From assembly GCA_018883425.1 (NCBI GenBank), contig VFQY01000005.1, positions 1 through 61,082 on the forward strand: DNA of 61,082 nucleotides. Reading direction: 5' to 3'. This document shows positions 18,741 through 28,015 of this stretch, piece after piece; position 1 is the stretch's first letter, and each line of letters begins with the position of its first letter. Below the pieces are notes generated by a model. That model ran no database searches and was not told the origin of the DNA. It saw nothing but the letters and a program-made list of their open reading frames with translations. Source of the stretch: Candidatus Omnitrophota bacterium. Lineage in GTDB: Bacteria; Omnitrophota; Omnitrophia; Omnitrophales; Aquincolibacteriaceae. Made by a program: the position numbers and the translations under genes.

Positions 18741-20660
18741 TTAACTCCGGTTATTCTGACCCGGCTTGATGGTGAGGGTGACTTCCTGGTTCTGCAGCTC
18801 CTGGATCATACGTTCTGTTTGCACTAAAAGCTTCTTAGCTTGTTCGTGCGAAGGGTCGAGACCTAAAACATTCTGAAGAGCCCTCCGGGCGTCAACCGGC
18901 ATGTTCTTAGTCAAATAAGTCAGCGCCAATCCGAAATGCGCATCCCGGTTATTGTAGTCTTTAGCCACGGCTGAGGTGAACTCCGAGAGCGCCAGGTCAG
19001 GCTGCTGCAGCTGCAGATAAAGATGCCCGCTATTGGCGTGAAATTTAGAGGCCCCCTTATTGTCCCGAACATACCGAAGGCCCTCCTGAAAAACTCCAAT
19101 CGCCGTTTTGGGATCGCCCTTCCTTGTCATCGCGACGCCGACAATGCCATAGAGTTCGGGATCTTCCTTATTGGTCTGGATCGCTGAGACTGCATACTGT
19201 ATCGCCTGATCCCAATCCTGAATTTCAAAATAAATTTTGGCCATTCTGATCCTGCAATCCACGGTGGGATCCACTTGGCAGGCCGTCGAGAAAAACTGGG
19301 CGGCATCTTTTTTTCTGTCGAGGACCCAATAGGAGACCCCTAGACCGGCGTGAAGCTCTGCGACGGCATAGAGTTCCTCTTGGGAGAGCTTGTTGCCCTC
19401 AGCCCTTTTACGCTCGTAAACCTTGAGAGCTTTCTCGTAATAGCGTATCGCATCCTCGGGTTTTTTAGCCATATAGGCGGCCAGTCCCAGGTTCGAGAGG
19501 ATCTTAGGATTCTCGGGACTTTTTTCTAACGCCTTCATGAGATCGTTGACAGCCGCCGTCATCTGTCCCCGTTTAAGCTGGGTCACGGCCAGATTAATTT
19601 TAATGTCGAGGTTCTGGGGATCAAGCGAGAGCGCTTTCGTCCAGTTATAATGCGCTCCCTCCATGTTGCCTGCCCGATAGTGTGTTTGGCCCAGCAGATT
19701 GTAAGCCCTCGACTTCAGACCTTTAGCGGCTGGTCCGACGAGCTGCAGGACAGCCGTGGATAATTCCTTTTGAGCCTTATCCCACTGCCCCGTCTTGAAA
19801 TAGAGGGTTCCCAAATCGTAGCGGATCTGCCCATCCTCAGGCTCCATCTGAGAAAGCTGCTCAAGCGTCCGCAGAGCATTCTCATCCTGGCCGAGTTTGA
19901 GGTAAAAACGCACTAGCGCATAATAAAAATCCACTGACTGCTGAGACAGCCCCATCCCTTGATAGGCATCAAGTAACTGCTGAACCACTTCGACAGGAAG
20001 GGATTCGGTTCCCTTGCGGAAATCCATCGCGCGGGTCATCGACACAATCTGACGGTTAGCTGCATCAAACGTGGTTGGAATCTGACGGTCCGCATACGGC
20101 GCCATAATGGTTTCAGCATTATCGGTGTGCATCGCTCCGAAAAGATGTCCGAGCTCGTGAATCAGCACCGTCTCTTCCTGAACTTTAAAAAGCGGATTGT
20201 TCGGGTAGCGGAGCAGCGTAAAGCCGGAAAAAGGTCTCGTCCGTCCCAGCACGTGGAGATCGCGGATATTCATGGAGCCTGAAATTTCTTCCAGCTTGCT
20301 CAGACCGATCATGATATCGACGTTCTTACTGCTCAGCGGATAACGGTTCATGAGGTCGTCAAGCAGCTGCCTCGAATCGTAAGAAGGGTCAGGCTCCCAA
20401 GTCCAAAAAATCACCTCTTTCAGTTTAATTTTAAATTCCCTCTCTAAAATGCTGGAGGCGTACTTCAGTCTCTTCTTAAAGGTGTCTTTCCATGCGGGGA
20501 TTTTTTGGAAGGAGGGTGTGACAGCGACGCCCACCGTCAGCATCCGCATTTCGGGGCTGGTCCTGCGGGTCTGAGCCGATGAGTTCTGCGTGCCCAGAGA
20601 AAGGCCGGACAGCAAAATAGCCGCGAAGGTACACAGTCTTAGAAATTCAAGTCGATTCAC
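18741..20660 (-). CDS. exported metzincin-type zinc metalloprotease domain fused to TPR repeats
   Basis: 639 aa with a signal peptide. HELGHLFGAMH (HExxHxxGxxH) at about aa 180, followed by about 10 TPR units (for example ALRTLEQLSQMEPEDGQIRYDLGTLYFKTGQWDKA). Confidence 0.75.
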   Translation of the reverse strand: MNRLEFLRLCTFAAILLSGLSLGTQNSSAQTRRTSPEMRMLTVGVAVTPSFQKIPAWKDTFKKRLKYASSILEREFKIKLKEVIFWTWEPDPSYDSRQLLDDLMNRYPLSSKNVDIMIGLSKLEEISGSMNIRDLHVLGRTRPFSGFTLLRYPNNPLFKVQEETVLIHELGHLFGAMHTDNAETIMAPYADRQIPTTFDAANRQIVSMTRAMDFRKGTESLPVEVVQQLLDAYQGMGLSQQSVDFYYALVRFYLKLGQDENALRTLEQLSQMEPEDGQIRYDLGTLYFKTGQWDKAQKELSTAVLQLVGPAAKGLKSRAYNLLGQTHYRAGNMEGAHYNWTKALSLDPQNLDIKINLAVTQLKRGQMTAAVNDLMKALEKSPENPKILSNLGLAAYMAKKPEDAIRYYEKALKVYERKRAEGNKLSQEELYAVAELHAGLGVSYWVLDRKKDAAQFFSTACQVDPTVDCRIRMAKIYFEIQDWDQAIQYAVSAIQTNKEDPELYGIVGVAMTRKGDPKTAIGVFQEGLRYVRDNKGASKFHANSGHLYLQLQQPDLALSEFTSAVAKDYNNRDAHFGLALTYLTKNMPVDARRALQNVLGLDPSHEQAKKLLVQTERMIQELQNQEVTLTIKPGQNNRS

Positions 20661-20869
20661 AACCGCACCCGCCTCCGATAGAAAGCTTGCTCTCTCTGAG
20701 GGATTCAGAGATTCAAAGCCGCGTTCCTTCCGGCAATTGAACGATACCTGATCCCGGGTATCTTCTGCAAAATCTGTGGTCTCAAAAATCTCGGGACTCT
20801 TTTGGCACCCTCGACAAATCAGCGGCCTAAAGGAGTTCGTCTGCTCCCTCTCAACTCCCCCTTGAGAAA

Positions 20870-22702
20870 TCAGCCCGCGATCTTTTCCAGCTTCCTGCGC
20901 GTTTTTTTGATCTCGCGTTTGCGCCGAAGTTTTTCGAGCGCAGTCACCTGATTCGATAAAACGGTTTTCAGTAAGGCCGCATCCTGAACTCGGTTATTTT
21001 TCTCAAGAATATTTTGCGCGGCCTCGAACTTGCTCAGAGCCGACTCCGTCTGATTCATCTGCGCCAGAAGAAGTCCATAATTATTAAAAAGCGCCGCCCG
21101 CGCCGCCTGGACTTCGGGTGTCAGCCCAGATTTATCCGAAAGACCGGCCGCCTCCTTAAAAACCGCTTCGGCCTCGTCCGGGAGTCCTTGAGCCGCAAGG
21201 ATCCGGGCCAGCTGGTTCATCACAGCGAGAATTTCGGGCGTGGGCCGCGCAGCATTTTTAATCTGGATCTGAAAAGAACTTTCCGAATATTTTTGAGCTT
21301 CTTCCCACTGCCCAAGCCCCGCAGAAATGTCGGCCAGCGTAAAGAGCGCCTGCGCCATCCAGGGGTGATCACTGCCAAGGGTGCCCTGCCAGGATTTTAT
21401 AGCCGCGCGGAGATATTCTTCAGCCAAAGGCAGGTCTCCGCTCTCGTAGGCGAGAACCCCGAGATTGTGCCTTACGGAAGCGGTTTCGGGGTGATCCGGA
21501 CCTAGTTTTTTTTCCCGGACTTCCAGCGCCTTTTTATACAATTCTTCTGCCTCGGCTTTGCGTCCGGAGGCATGCTCCAACTGTCCAAGGTTCGCCAGAG
21601 ACTGCGCCGTCATAGGATGCTCCGGACCTAAAAGTTCACGCCGTATTAAAAGCGCCTCGTCATGATTTTTCCGGGCTTCGTCCGCTTGCCCTAGAGCCAG
21701 CCGAACAACACCAAGATTGTTCAGCGATTGAGCAACCAGGACGTGCCGATTCCCGAATTTTTTCCTGCGGATGTCGAGCGCTTGAGCGTGAGCCGACAAA
21801 GCCTCTTCGTAATTGCCCAGAGAATCGAGAATAAGCCCAAGATTGTTCCAATCCCGAGCCGCGTCAGGATGGTCCTCTCCAAGAGCTTTCTGATCGATCG
21901 CAAGAGCCCTTTCGGCAAGCGGCCTAGCCTCGCTCTCCCGGCCAAGCAGCCGATAGACTTCTGCAAGGGTGTTCAGCGAGACAGCCAGATCCGTTCGAGC
22001 TCCCTGGGTCTGTTTTTCGCGCATCACAAGCGCGCGCAAAGCGAGTCTCTCTGCATCTCGATACCGGCCCTGAGCCAAATAAAGACGGGCCAGATTGTCC
22101 CGGTCGGCGGCCGTATTCGGATGCTCGTCGCCAAGGGCGTGGGAATCAATCAGGAGTGCATGCTCGAAAAGAGGCCCCGCCTCATCATAACGGCCAAGCG
22201 TCAGAAGGAGCTGCGCGAGATTAGTCAGCGTGGTGGCAAGGTTGGGGTGCTTCAAACCAAGATTCTTTTCTTCGATCTCAAGAGTTCGCCGATACGCTTC
22301 CTCAGCTGCAAAATAATCGCCCTTGGAAGCATAGAGGAGAGCCAGGTTGTTCAGCGACTGGGCAACCTGAGGATGCATTCGGCCGAGTGAAGACTCGCGG
22401 ATTGCAAGGGCGCGTCTCCCGAAAGGCTCGGCTTGCGCATAGGCGCCCTGCGCATAGTAAATCATCGAAAGCTGATTCAACGTGACGGCCGTGTTGGGAT
22501 GATCGGGCCCAAAAATTTCCTCTGCGGCTTGAAGAGACTGCGCAGCGGCCTGAGCGGCTTCGCTGTAATCACCCGCGCTATAAAGAGAGGCCACGCGGTC
22601 CTCGAGAGAGGCCCATTGCGTTGCGTCCGCCGCCAGGAGAGATCCGAAAGGCAGAATCAGCCACATCACCGCGCTCAGCAGAAAGTCTCTATGACGAACC
22701 AT
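20870..22702 (-). CDS. exported TPR-repeat protein (42-aa, kinesin-light-chain-like TPR_12 units)
   Basis: 610 aa with a signal peptide. More than 10 tandem units of the form A..L.I.E..LG..HP..A.SLNNLA.LY...G.Y..AE. Confidence 0.85.
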   Translation of the reverse strand: MVRHRDFLLSAVMWLILPFGSLLAADATQWASLEDRVASLYSAGDYSEAAQAAAQSLQAAEEIFGPDHPNTAVTLNQLSMIYYAQGAYAQAEPFGRRALAIRESSLGRMHPQVAQSLNNLALLYASKGDYFAAEEAYRRTLEIEEKNLGLKHPNLATTLTNLAQLLLTLGRYDEAGPLFEHALLIDSHALGDEHPNTAADRDNLARLYLAQGRYRDAERLALRALVMREKQTQGARTDLAVSLNTLAEVYRLLGRESEARPLAERALAIDQKALGEDHPDAARDWNNLGLILDSLGNYEEALSAHAQALDIRRKKFGNRHVLVAQSLNNLGVVRLALGQADEARKNHDEALLIRRELLGPEHPMTAQSLANLGQLEHASGRKAEAEELYKKALEVREKKLGPDHPETASVRHNLGVLAYESGDLPLAEEYLRAAIKSWQGTLGSDHPWMAQALFTLADISAGLGQWEEAQKYSESSFQIQIKNAARPTPEILAVMNQLARILAAQGLPDEAEAVFKEAAGLSDKSGLTPEVQAARAALFNNYGLLLAQMNQTESALSKFEAAQNILEKNNRVQDAALLKTVLSNQVTALEKLRRKREIKKTRRKLEKIAG

Positions 22703-22998
22703 TAGAGTATTTCCAAAGAATGACTGATCAGTTCGACCTCATGATTCTCTTGGACGAAGGATAGGACACCCTGAAGCGCCCGGTCAAGATGTGTTTTGTC
22801 TGAGCTCACGGCACCGAAAGCAAGAACGCTTCTCTGCCATTTATCGTGAGCTCCAACCTCGGCAACGCTCACGTTGAAACGGCTTCGAACTCTGTCTTTC
22901 AAACTCTTCAGAACGCTTCGTTTTGACTTCAGAGAACCCGAAAGCGGTATGAAGATCTCCAGGTAAAGAACTCCGATGTGTACAGTAGCGTCTTTCAT
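22702..22998 (-). CDS. DUF503 (YlxP-like) protein
   Basis: The track ORF (156 aa) extends into the SGNH gene. ATG 22998 gives 98 aa: MKDATVHIGVLYLEIFIPLSGSLKSKRSVLKSLKDRVRSRFNVSVAEVG...DKWQRSVLAFGAVS. One-nt overlaps on both sides (TGATG upstream, TAATG downstream). Confidence 0.8.
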   Translation of the reverse strand: MKDATVHIGVLYLEIFIPLSGSLKSKRSVLKSLKDRVRSRFNVSVAEVGAHDKWQRSVLAFGAVSSDKTHLDRALQGVLSFVQENHEVELISHSLEIL

Positions 22999-24101
22999 CA
23001 AGCTGACTCCTTGGGAGTAAATCCCGCAGAAAGCCAGGATGCGATAATTTCCGCCGCGGCGGCGTGCCCCTCGGGCGAAAGATGCCAGACGTCGCGGGGA
23101 TGATAAGCATGCCGTCCGAGGTAAAGACTCTCCCCTCCGGCGCGGCGCAAGGCCTCGAAAGGATCGAGACAAGAAATGTTTTCACGCCCGCAGAACTGCA
23201 TCAAAGTCTTCTGCGGGAAAAAGGGGTAGCCGTTTTTAAATTGATATGCCAGCGGAAAGAAAACGACGTGAAAGCGCGCACCTGATCCCTCCACCGACGT
23301 TTTGAGTTCCCGAAGCATGCCGTAAAGCCATTCAGATTCGGGCGACGCCGGATTTTCTAGAGCTCTGAGACTGACGGTGTCTTCGTCTGCCACGTAAACC
23401 GGCCACTTTTTTCCCTCATACCCCTCATACCTCACAGACTGCATTCGCCAAAGCCGCCAACGCCCCCTGAGAAATGTGTAGAGTTTAGAGTGCATGAGAA
23501 CTCTCTCCGCCAAGCTGCGTTTACGGTAAACTTCGGGCGCGACCCGGCGCACGTGCTCGTCAAAACGGGGAAAGGCCTCGCTCGGAAGAGCTTTAAAATA
23601 ATCTTTTTCGTCACCCCAATGGAGTACTGGATTCACGATATCGTTGAAACAGAACGCCAGCACCACGTCATCTGAGCCCAATGCGGCTCCCCTGGCCTGA
23701 AAAAATTTGAGCTCGCTGAACGTTGTATATCCGTTTACCCCTGCGTTGATCACCTCCGCAGTTTGACCCAGGCTCTGCCAAAAGCGCTCCATGGCATGAG
23801 GGAAAGCCTGCTCGGCGGAAACAAAAAGTCCGTAGGCGACGGAATCACCCAAGACGAGGACTCTTTTTTGTCCGGGGGGCTTGGGAATGATCCGCTCGCG
23901 GTCCCGAAAACCCTGCGAGCTGATTTCCGGATGTTCTGGATTCAGCGAAAAAAAATAAGGCGCTTGGCGATTGATGAGATTGAGAGCAGGTCCCTTCTCG
24001 GAGGGAGTCGAAATAAGACGGACGGCCGTCTCCAGAACCAGGAGCCCGAAAAGGGTCCAGCCCGAGGTCCAGAGGACCACGCGAAGGATCTTTCGAGGCA
24101 A
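22998..24101 (-). CDS. SGNH/GDSL-family hydrolase with N-terminal membrane anchor
   Basis: 367 aa with an N-terminal TM. Block I VLVLGDSVAYG. Late ...GRHAYHPRDVWHLSPEGH is consistent with the block V D-x-x-H. Confidence 0.7.
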   Translation of the reverse strand: MPRKILRVVLWTSGWTLFGLLVLETAVRLISTPSEKGPALNLINRQAPYFFSLNPEHPEISSQGFRDRERIIPKPPGQKRVLVLGDSVAYGLFVSAEQAFPHAMERFWQSLGQTAEVINAGVNGYTTFSELKFFQARGAALGSDDVVLAFCFNDIVNPVLHWGDEKDYFKALPSEAFPRFDEHVRRVAPEVYRKRSLAERVLMHSKLYTFLRGRWRLWRMQSVRYEGYEGKKWPVYVADEDTVSLRALENPASPESEWLYGMLRELKTSVEGSGARFHVVFFPLAYQFKNGYPFFPQKTLMQFCGRENISCLDPFEALRRAGGESLYLGRHAYHPRDVWHLSPEGHAAAAEIIASWLSAGFTPKESA

Positions 24102-24116
24102 GCGTCGCTCCGGAGC

Positions 24117-24872
24117 TTAGCGGCCGGCGGCCGTTGATGCGGCGGGAGCGGGGCTTTGCCAGCGGACACGGCCTGTGAAAAACGGCCCCAGAGATTGAAT
24201 GTAACGGGCAGTCTGCTGGGTTTTACGCATCTCTTCCACGACATGCGACAGGGGAAAGAGGTCTTTGCCGATCAGACCAATCACGAATTCGTTGTCGTCG
24301 CGGTCGAGTCCGTAGCTGGCGAGCCGGACGTCATGAGCCAAATCCGCGCGTCCGTATGCCATCCCGATCTTGGCGTGCTCGTAGAGAATTTTTCCCTGCT
24401 CCTCTTTCGAGAGAAGCTCAAATTCAGGCTTCCTTCTCAAGGGATACCAAATGGCCCACGGCCAAGCGGGATTAAGAACTGTTCTGCGGGGTTTTGAGAT
24501 GAGCCAATCTTCAAGATCCATTTCGCGTCCCAAAGAATAGGAACGCCCCGTCATCGCAAAGTCCCTCAGATATTTGAAGCCGCTGAAAACTTTTTGATTC
24601 AAAAACCGCCGGGATTCCCGCACAAAAAAATCGGGATTCTCGTTCATCAGCAGCACCGCAAAGCCCTGAGGATCGGTAAAGTCCTCATAAAGAACCGCCT
24701 CAAGCCCAGACCTTTTTAAGATTTTTTCGACCGCCGAGATATCACGGCATTGCGTAAAAACACTCAGCTGAAGATAGAGCCGCCTGTCGCTGACCTGCGG
24801 GCTGCCGTCTTTTGCGGGCGAACCTCGCTCACGAAGGTCTAAAACGGATTCAGGGTTTCCTGGTAAAGACAT
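24117..24872 (-). CDS. chlorite dismutase-family (Cld/HemQ-like) protein
   Basis: 251 aa. WPWAIWYPLRRKPEFELL, EEQGKILYEHAKIG and DDNEFVIGLIG resemble the Cld-family core. The heme-ligand status was not checked. Confidence 0.55.
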   Translation of the reverse strand: MSLPGNPESVLDLRERGSPAKDGSPQVSDRRLYLQLSVFTQCRDISAVEKILKRSGLEAVLYEDFTDPQGFAVLLMNENPDFFVRESRRFLNQKVFSGFKYLRDFAMTGRSYSLGREMDLEDWLISKPRRTVLNPAWPWAIWYPLRRKPEFELLSKEEQGKILYEHAKIGMAYGRADLAHDVRLASYGLDRDDNEFVIGLIGKDLFPLSHVVEEMRKTQQTARYIQSLGPFFTGRVRWQSPAPAASTAAGR

Positions 24873-24873
24873 T

Positions 24874-25128
24874 TCAGCTCAGTCCTTGCTGGCTTTTGAC
24901 AAAAGCCTGAAGCGCGTCACGCAGCTCGGGATCGCGAAGTAAAGCCGCAAACTTCGGATACGCCGTCAGCCGTGCAAAGTTTTGCTCGCGTGCCAACCGC
25001 TGAAATTCAGGATCTTTCATAAGTTCCTGCATTTTCGGGTGCGCCATCAAATTCCGGAAGTTTTCGTCCTTCATGAGTTTGTGGGCCATTTTGAGCTGAT
25101 CGGCCATGGATTTGAATTTACCAAACAT
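24874..25128 (-). CDS. small helical protein with STI1/DP-like internal repeats
   Basis: 84 aa. Internal repeat AHPKMQELMKDPEFQRL / AYPKFAALLRDPELRDAL. Its stop is 1 nt before the Cld-family start. Confidence 0.5.
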   Translation of the reverse strand: MFGKFKSMADQLKMAHKLMKDENFRNLMAHPKMQELMKDPEFQRLAREQNFARLTAYPKFAALLRDPELRDALQAFVKSQQGLS

Positions 25129-25199
25129 GATTGCTTATCTCCTCAGAGGTGAGCCGGCCGCTGAAGCGCCTTAAGCGCTCCGAACGGCGGGATCGGAAA

Positions 25200-25751
25200 T
25201 TAATGGCTTTTAAAATAGGTCTTTCGATAAAAACGCAGTTCTTCGATGGAATTGAGGACATCACCCAGCGCCCGATGATCATCATTTTTGGGCGGGCGAT
25301 CCTTATGCTTAGGATACCAGCGGTCCACGAGCCCCTTCAGACTGCTGACGTCGATAATCCGGTAATGCAGGTAAGCGCTCAGTTTGGGCATGTGACGGAG
25401 CAAAAAACGCCTGTCATGATGAATGGAGTTGCCGCAAAGCGGAGACTTGCCCTCGAGACAATACTCCTTGATGAACTTGAGCGTCTCCCGTTCGGCTTTC
25501 GCCAGCGTCACCTTGGATTGCCGGACCAAGTCAAGAAGCCCGGACCGCGCGTGCTGCTTTTGATTCCAATCATCCATCTTTTTCAGCAGACGCTCAGGCT
25601 GTTTGATCGCGAAACTGGGGCCCTGAGCGAGAATGTTCAGCTCGCCGTCCGTAATGATCGTGGCAATCTCGATGATGCTCTCTTTTTCGGGGTCTAAACC
25701 CGTCATCTCAAGATCCATCCAAACAAGGTTTTGTTTATTTTGCTTTTTCAT
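25200..25751 (-). CDS. orn: oligoribonuclease
   Basis: 183 aa. LVWMDLEMTGLDPE (DEDD exo I), NSIHHDRRFL, and the H..L.D.L.SIEEL end. Confidence 0.93.
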   Translation of the reverse strand: MKKQNKQNLVWMDLEMTGLDPEKESIIEIATIITDGELNILAQGPSFAIKQPERLLKKMDDWNQKQHARSGLLDLVRQSKVTLAKAERETLKFIKEYCLEGKSPLCGNSIHHDRRFLLRHMPKLSAYLHYRIIDVSSLKGLVDRWYPKHKDRPPKNDDHRALGDVLNSIEELRFYRKTYFKSH

Positions 25752-25868
25752 CCTTCATCATCTCCGCGATCCGACAAAACTTAGCAACGGACTCTAACAC
25801 ACTTTGAAAGCCGAGTGAAGCACGCTTTCCTGGTGCGGCCGGGCAGGAAAATCCGCCGGACGATCCCG

Positions 25869-26876
25869 TTAATCCTTGCGCTGAGAATAGGCCTTCGGCT
25901 GCGATTGCAGCTTGCCCTCACTGAAAAGAAGCTCAGCCCACAGAGTTCCGTCTTCATAGTAAAAAACCGACTTCCCATGTTTCCGCCCGTCCTGATAGGC
26001 GGTTTCGCGCAGCAAGGATCCGCCTGGATAATAGGTTTGAACTTTCCCCTCGATCCGTCCCTCCTGGAAAGGGATCTCCCTCCAAATCGACCCGCCGGGG
26101 AAATAGAATTTCACGGGGCCGTGAGGACGCTGGCCTTGATGGGGCCACTCCGAGCTCGCCTTGCCGTCCGCATAAAAGGAGCGGATGATCCCTGCCGGCC
26201 CGCTCCACTCGGCTTTGGCGTCCCCAGTCTGAGAAAGAACTCTGAAAACTCCCTGTCCCTGAGGAAACGGCTGACCCGAAAAGCCGGCGCTCTCTGCTTT
26301 TTCCCCGGATTCAGACAGAAGCTCCGGCAAGGTTTCAAAAACTCCCTGGATGACAGATGCCTTCATCCAGGGCTGTCCGCCGGCATAGAACTGCTTAAGC
26401 TCTCCCTGAGGTGTACCCGCGGCTATCTGCTTCTCCAGAACAAGACGGCCCGACTCATCATATTCTCTCTCGGAACCTGTCTCCTGCCCTTGAATGAAGG
26501 GGTATTCCATCCACACGGCGCCGCTGGGAAAGTAAAAAACGACCGTGCCCTCAAGCACGCCGTTGCGAAAATTCCAGGCCGAGCTTATCCGGCCGTTTGC
26601 GTGCTGTGTCTGAAAACTTTTCATCCCCGGAAGAGCGGGTCCCGAGCCGGCTGAGGGAACCGCCGCGCGTTTAAGTTTTCCTTTTTTTTCGTTCTCAGAA
26701 AAACCTGGAGAGTCTCCCTTTTCTTTCGTGTTATCCCGACCCTTCTTCAGCACAGCTCTTTCCCGGACGGGAGCGCTTACGCCCTGCTGAGCTTGATGCC
26801 CTGCCTGCATCATGACAAAAAAAACAGCTCCGAGAACGGAGTAGCCAACGGCTAAACATAGGATGAATTTTTTCAT
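25869..26876 (-). CDS. membrane-anchored MORN-variant (YwqK-like) repeat protein
   Basis: The track ORF starts at 27044 inside dinB. ATG 26876 (MKKFILCLAVGYSVLGAVFFV) forms an ATGA overlap with the dinB stop. There are at least 6 repeats of the G.....YY..G......E..Y..G...G type. Confidence 0.75.
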   Translation of the reverse strand: MKKFILCLAVGYSVLGAVFFVMMQAGHQAQQGVSAPVRERAVLKKGRDNTKEKGDSPGFSENEKKGKLKRAAVPSAGSGPALPGMKSFQTQHANGRISSAWNFRNGVLEGTVVFYFPSGAVWMEYPFIQGQETGSEREYDESGRLVLEKQIAAGTPQGELKQFYAGGQPWMKASVIQGVFETLPELLSESGEKAESAGFSGQPFPQGQGVFRVLSQTGDAKAEWSGPAGIIRSFYADGKASSEWPHQGQRPHGPVKFYFPGGSIWREIPFQEGRIEGKVQTYYPGGSLLRETAYQDGRKHGKSVFYYEDGTLWAELLFSEGKLQSQPKAYSQRKD

Positions 26877-28015
26877 AGCAGGATTCCCTGGGAGGCAAAC
26901 ATGTCCGGGGTTTTCAAGGTTCTGATTTCTTCCCTGTTCACGAGACCCGCGATGCCCAAACCGAGAAGACGAACGGCATCCTTTCCAGCCCTTGTTTTTT
27001 CCTCGAGAAGAGCCGCGGCGACGCGGTAAATCTCTTCGGAACACGCGGGTTCACGCGTCAGGGTCTGGGACCTCGTGATCAAACGGAAATCGGCATATTT
27101 GACTTTCAGGACAATGGTCCTGCCGACGCGGCCCGTCTTCAGAAGGTCTTCATAGATCTCCTCAGCATAGGCACGAAGGCGGCCTCTTAAGAACTCCAGA
27201 TCGAGGGTGTCCTTATCGAAAGTCTCTTCTAAACTGGATTGCTTGGGCTCTGTCCAGGGCGAGACTTCGCGCTCGTCGAGGCCTCGGGCTGCCCGGGAGA
27301 GATACTCGCCATGGCGCCCAAGCTCTGCCGTCAGCCTTCTCAAGGGAGCCGCCGCCAGCTCGCCGCAGGTGGCATAACCCATCCCGAGAAGTTTTTTTTC
27401 GATCACAGGCCCTACCCCGGGAATTTTCCGGACGGGAAGCGGATTCAAAAAATCATTTTCTGTTCCGGGTCTGACGACCGTGAGTCCGTCGGGCTTCTGA
27501 TAATCGGACGCAACCTTGGCCAGGAACATGCTGCCGGCAACGCCGGCAGAAGCGGTCAGCCTGGTTGCGGCCAGAATGTTTTGTTTAATGAGCGCCGCTA
27601 TCAAAACCGGGTCTTCGATTCCGAAACGATGCCGGCTCACGTCCAAATAGGCCTCATCCAGCGAGACGGATTCCACAAGATCGGTGTGCTGGCGTAGCAG
27701 ATTCATGACGCGGCACGATACTTCGCGATAGACCTCGAAGCGCGGTTTTACAAAAACCGCATGCCGACAAAGCCGATAGGCCTGTGACAGGGGCATCGCC
27801 GAGCGAATGCCGAATTTCCTGGCCTCATAGGAGCAGGTACTCACAACTCCTCGGCTGCGGGGATCACCCCCGACTACCACAGGTTTAGCCCGGAGCTCAG
27901 CATGGTCACGCTGTTCTACCGCTGCAAAGAAAGCGTCCATATCGACATGAATGATTTTCTTGGTCCAGCGGCCTGCGTCTTTTTCGGAACGGGCAGATTT
28001 GGACCGGGCTCTCAT
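26873..28015 (-). CDS. dinB: DNA polymerase IV (Y-family)
   Basis: IIHVDMDAFFAAVEQRD, SCSYEARKFG-like, SLDEAYLDV and PVRKIPGVGP motifs. I start at ATG 28015 (MRARSK...), which overlaps the VKOR stop as ATGA. The track start at 28081 would overlap VKOR by 70 nt. Confidence 0.92.
   Translation of the reverse strand: MRARSKSARSEKDAGRWTKKIIHVDMDAFFAAVEQRDHAELRAKPVVVGGDPRSRGVVSTCSYEARKFGIRSAMPLSQAYRLCRHAVFVKPRFEVYREVSCRVMNLLRQHTDLVESVSLDEAYLDVSRHRFGIEDPVLIAALIKQNILAATRLTASAGVAGSMFLAKVASDYQKPDGLTVVRPGTENDFLNPLPVRKIPGVGPVIEKKLLGMGYATCGELAAAPLRRLTAELGRHGEYLSRAARGLDEREVSPWTEPKQSSLEETFDKDTLDLEFLRGRLRAYAEEIYEDLLKTGRVGRTIVLKVKYADFRLITRSQTLTREPACSEEIYRVAAALLEEKTRAGKDAVRLLGLGIAGLVNREEIRTLKTPDMFASQGILL

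Noticed and set aside
25815-26654. 279-aa plus-strand ORF opposite the MORN-repeat gene.
   Set aside because: The minus-strand product shows a regular MORN/YwqK repeat pattern and a coupled ATGA start. The plus-strand product is Arg/Leu/Pro-rich with no repeat logic.
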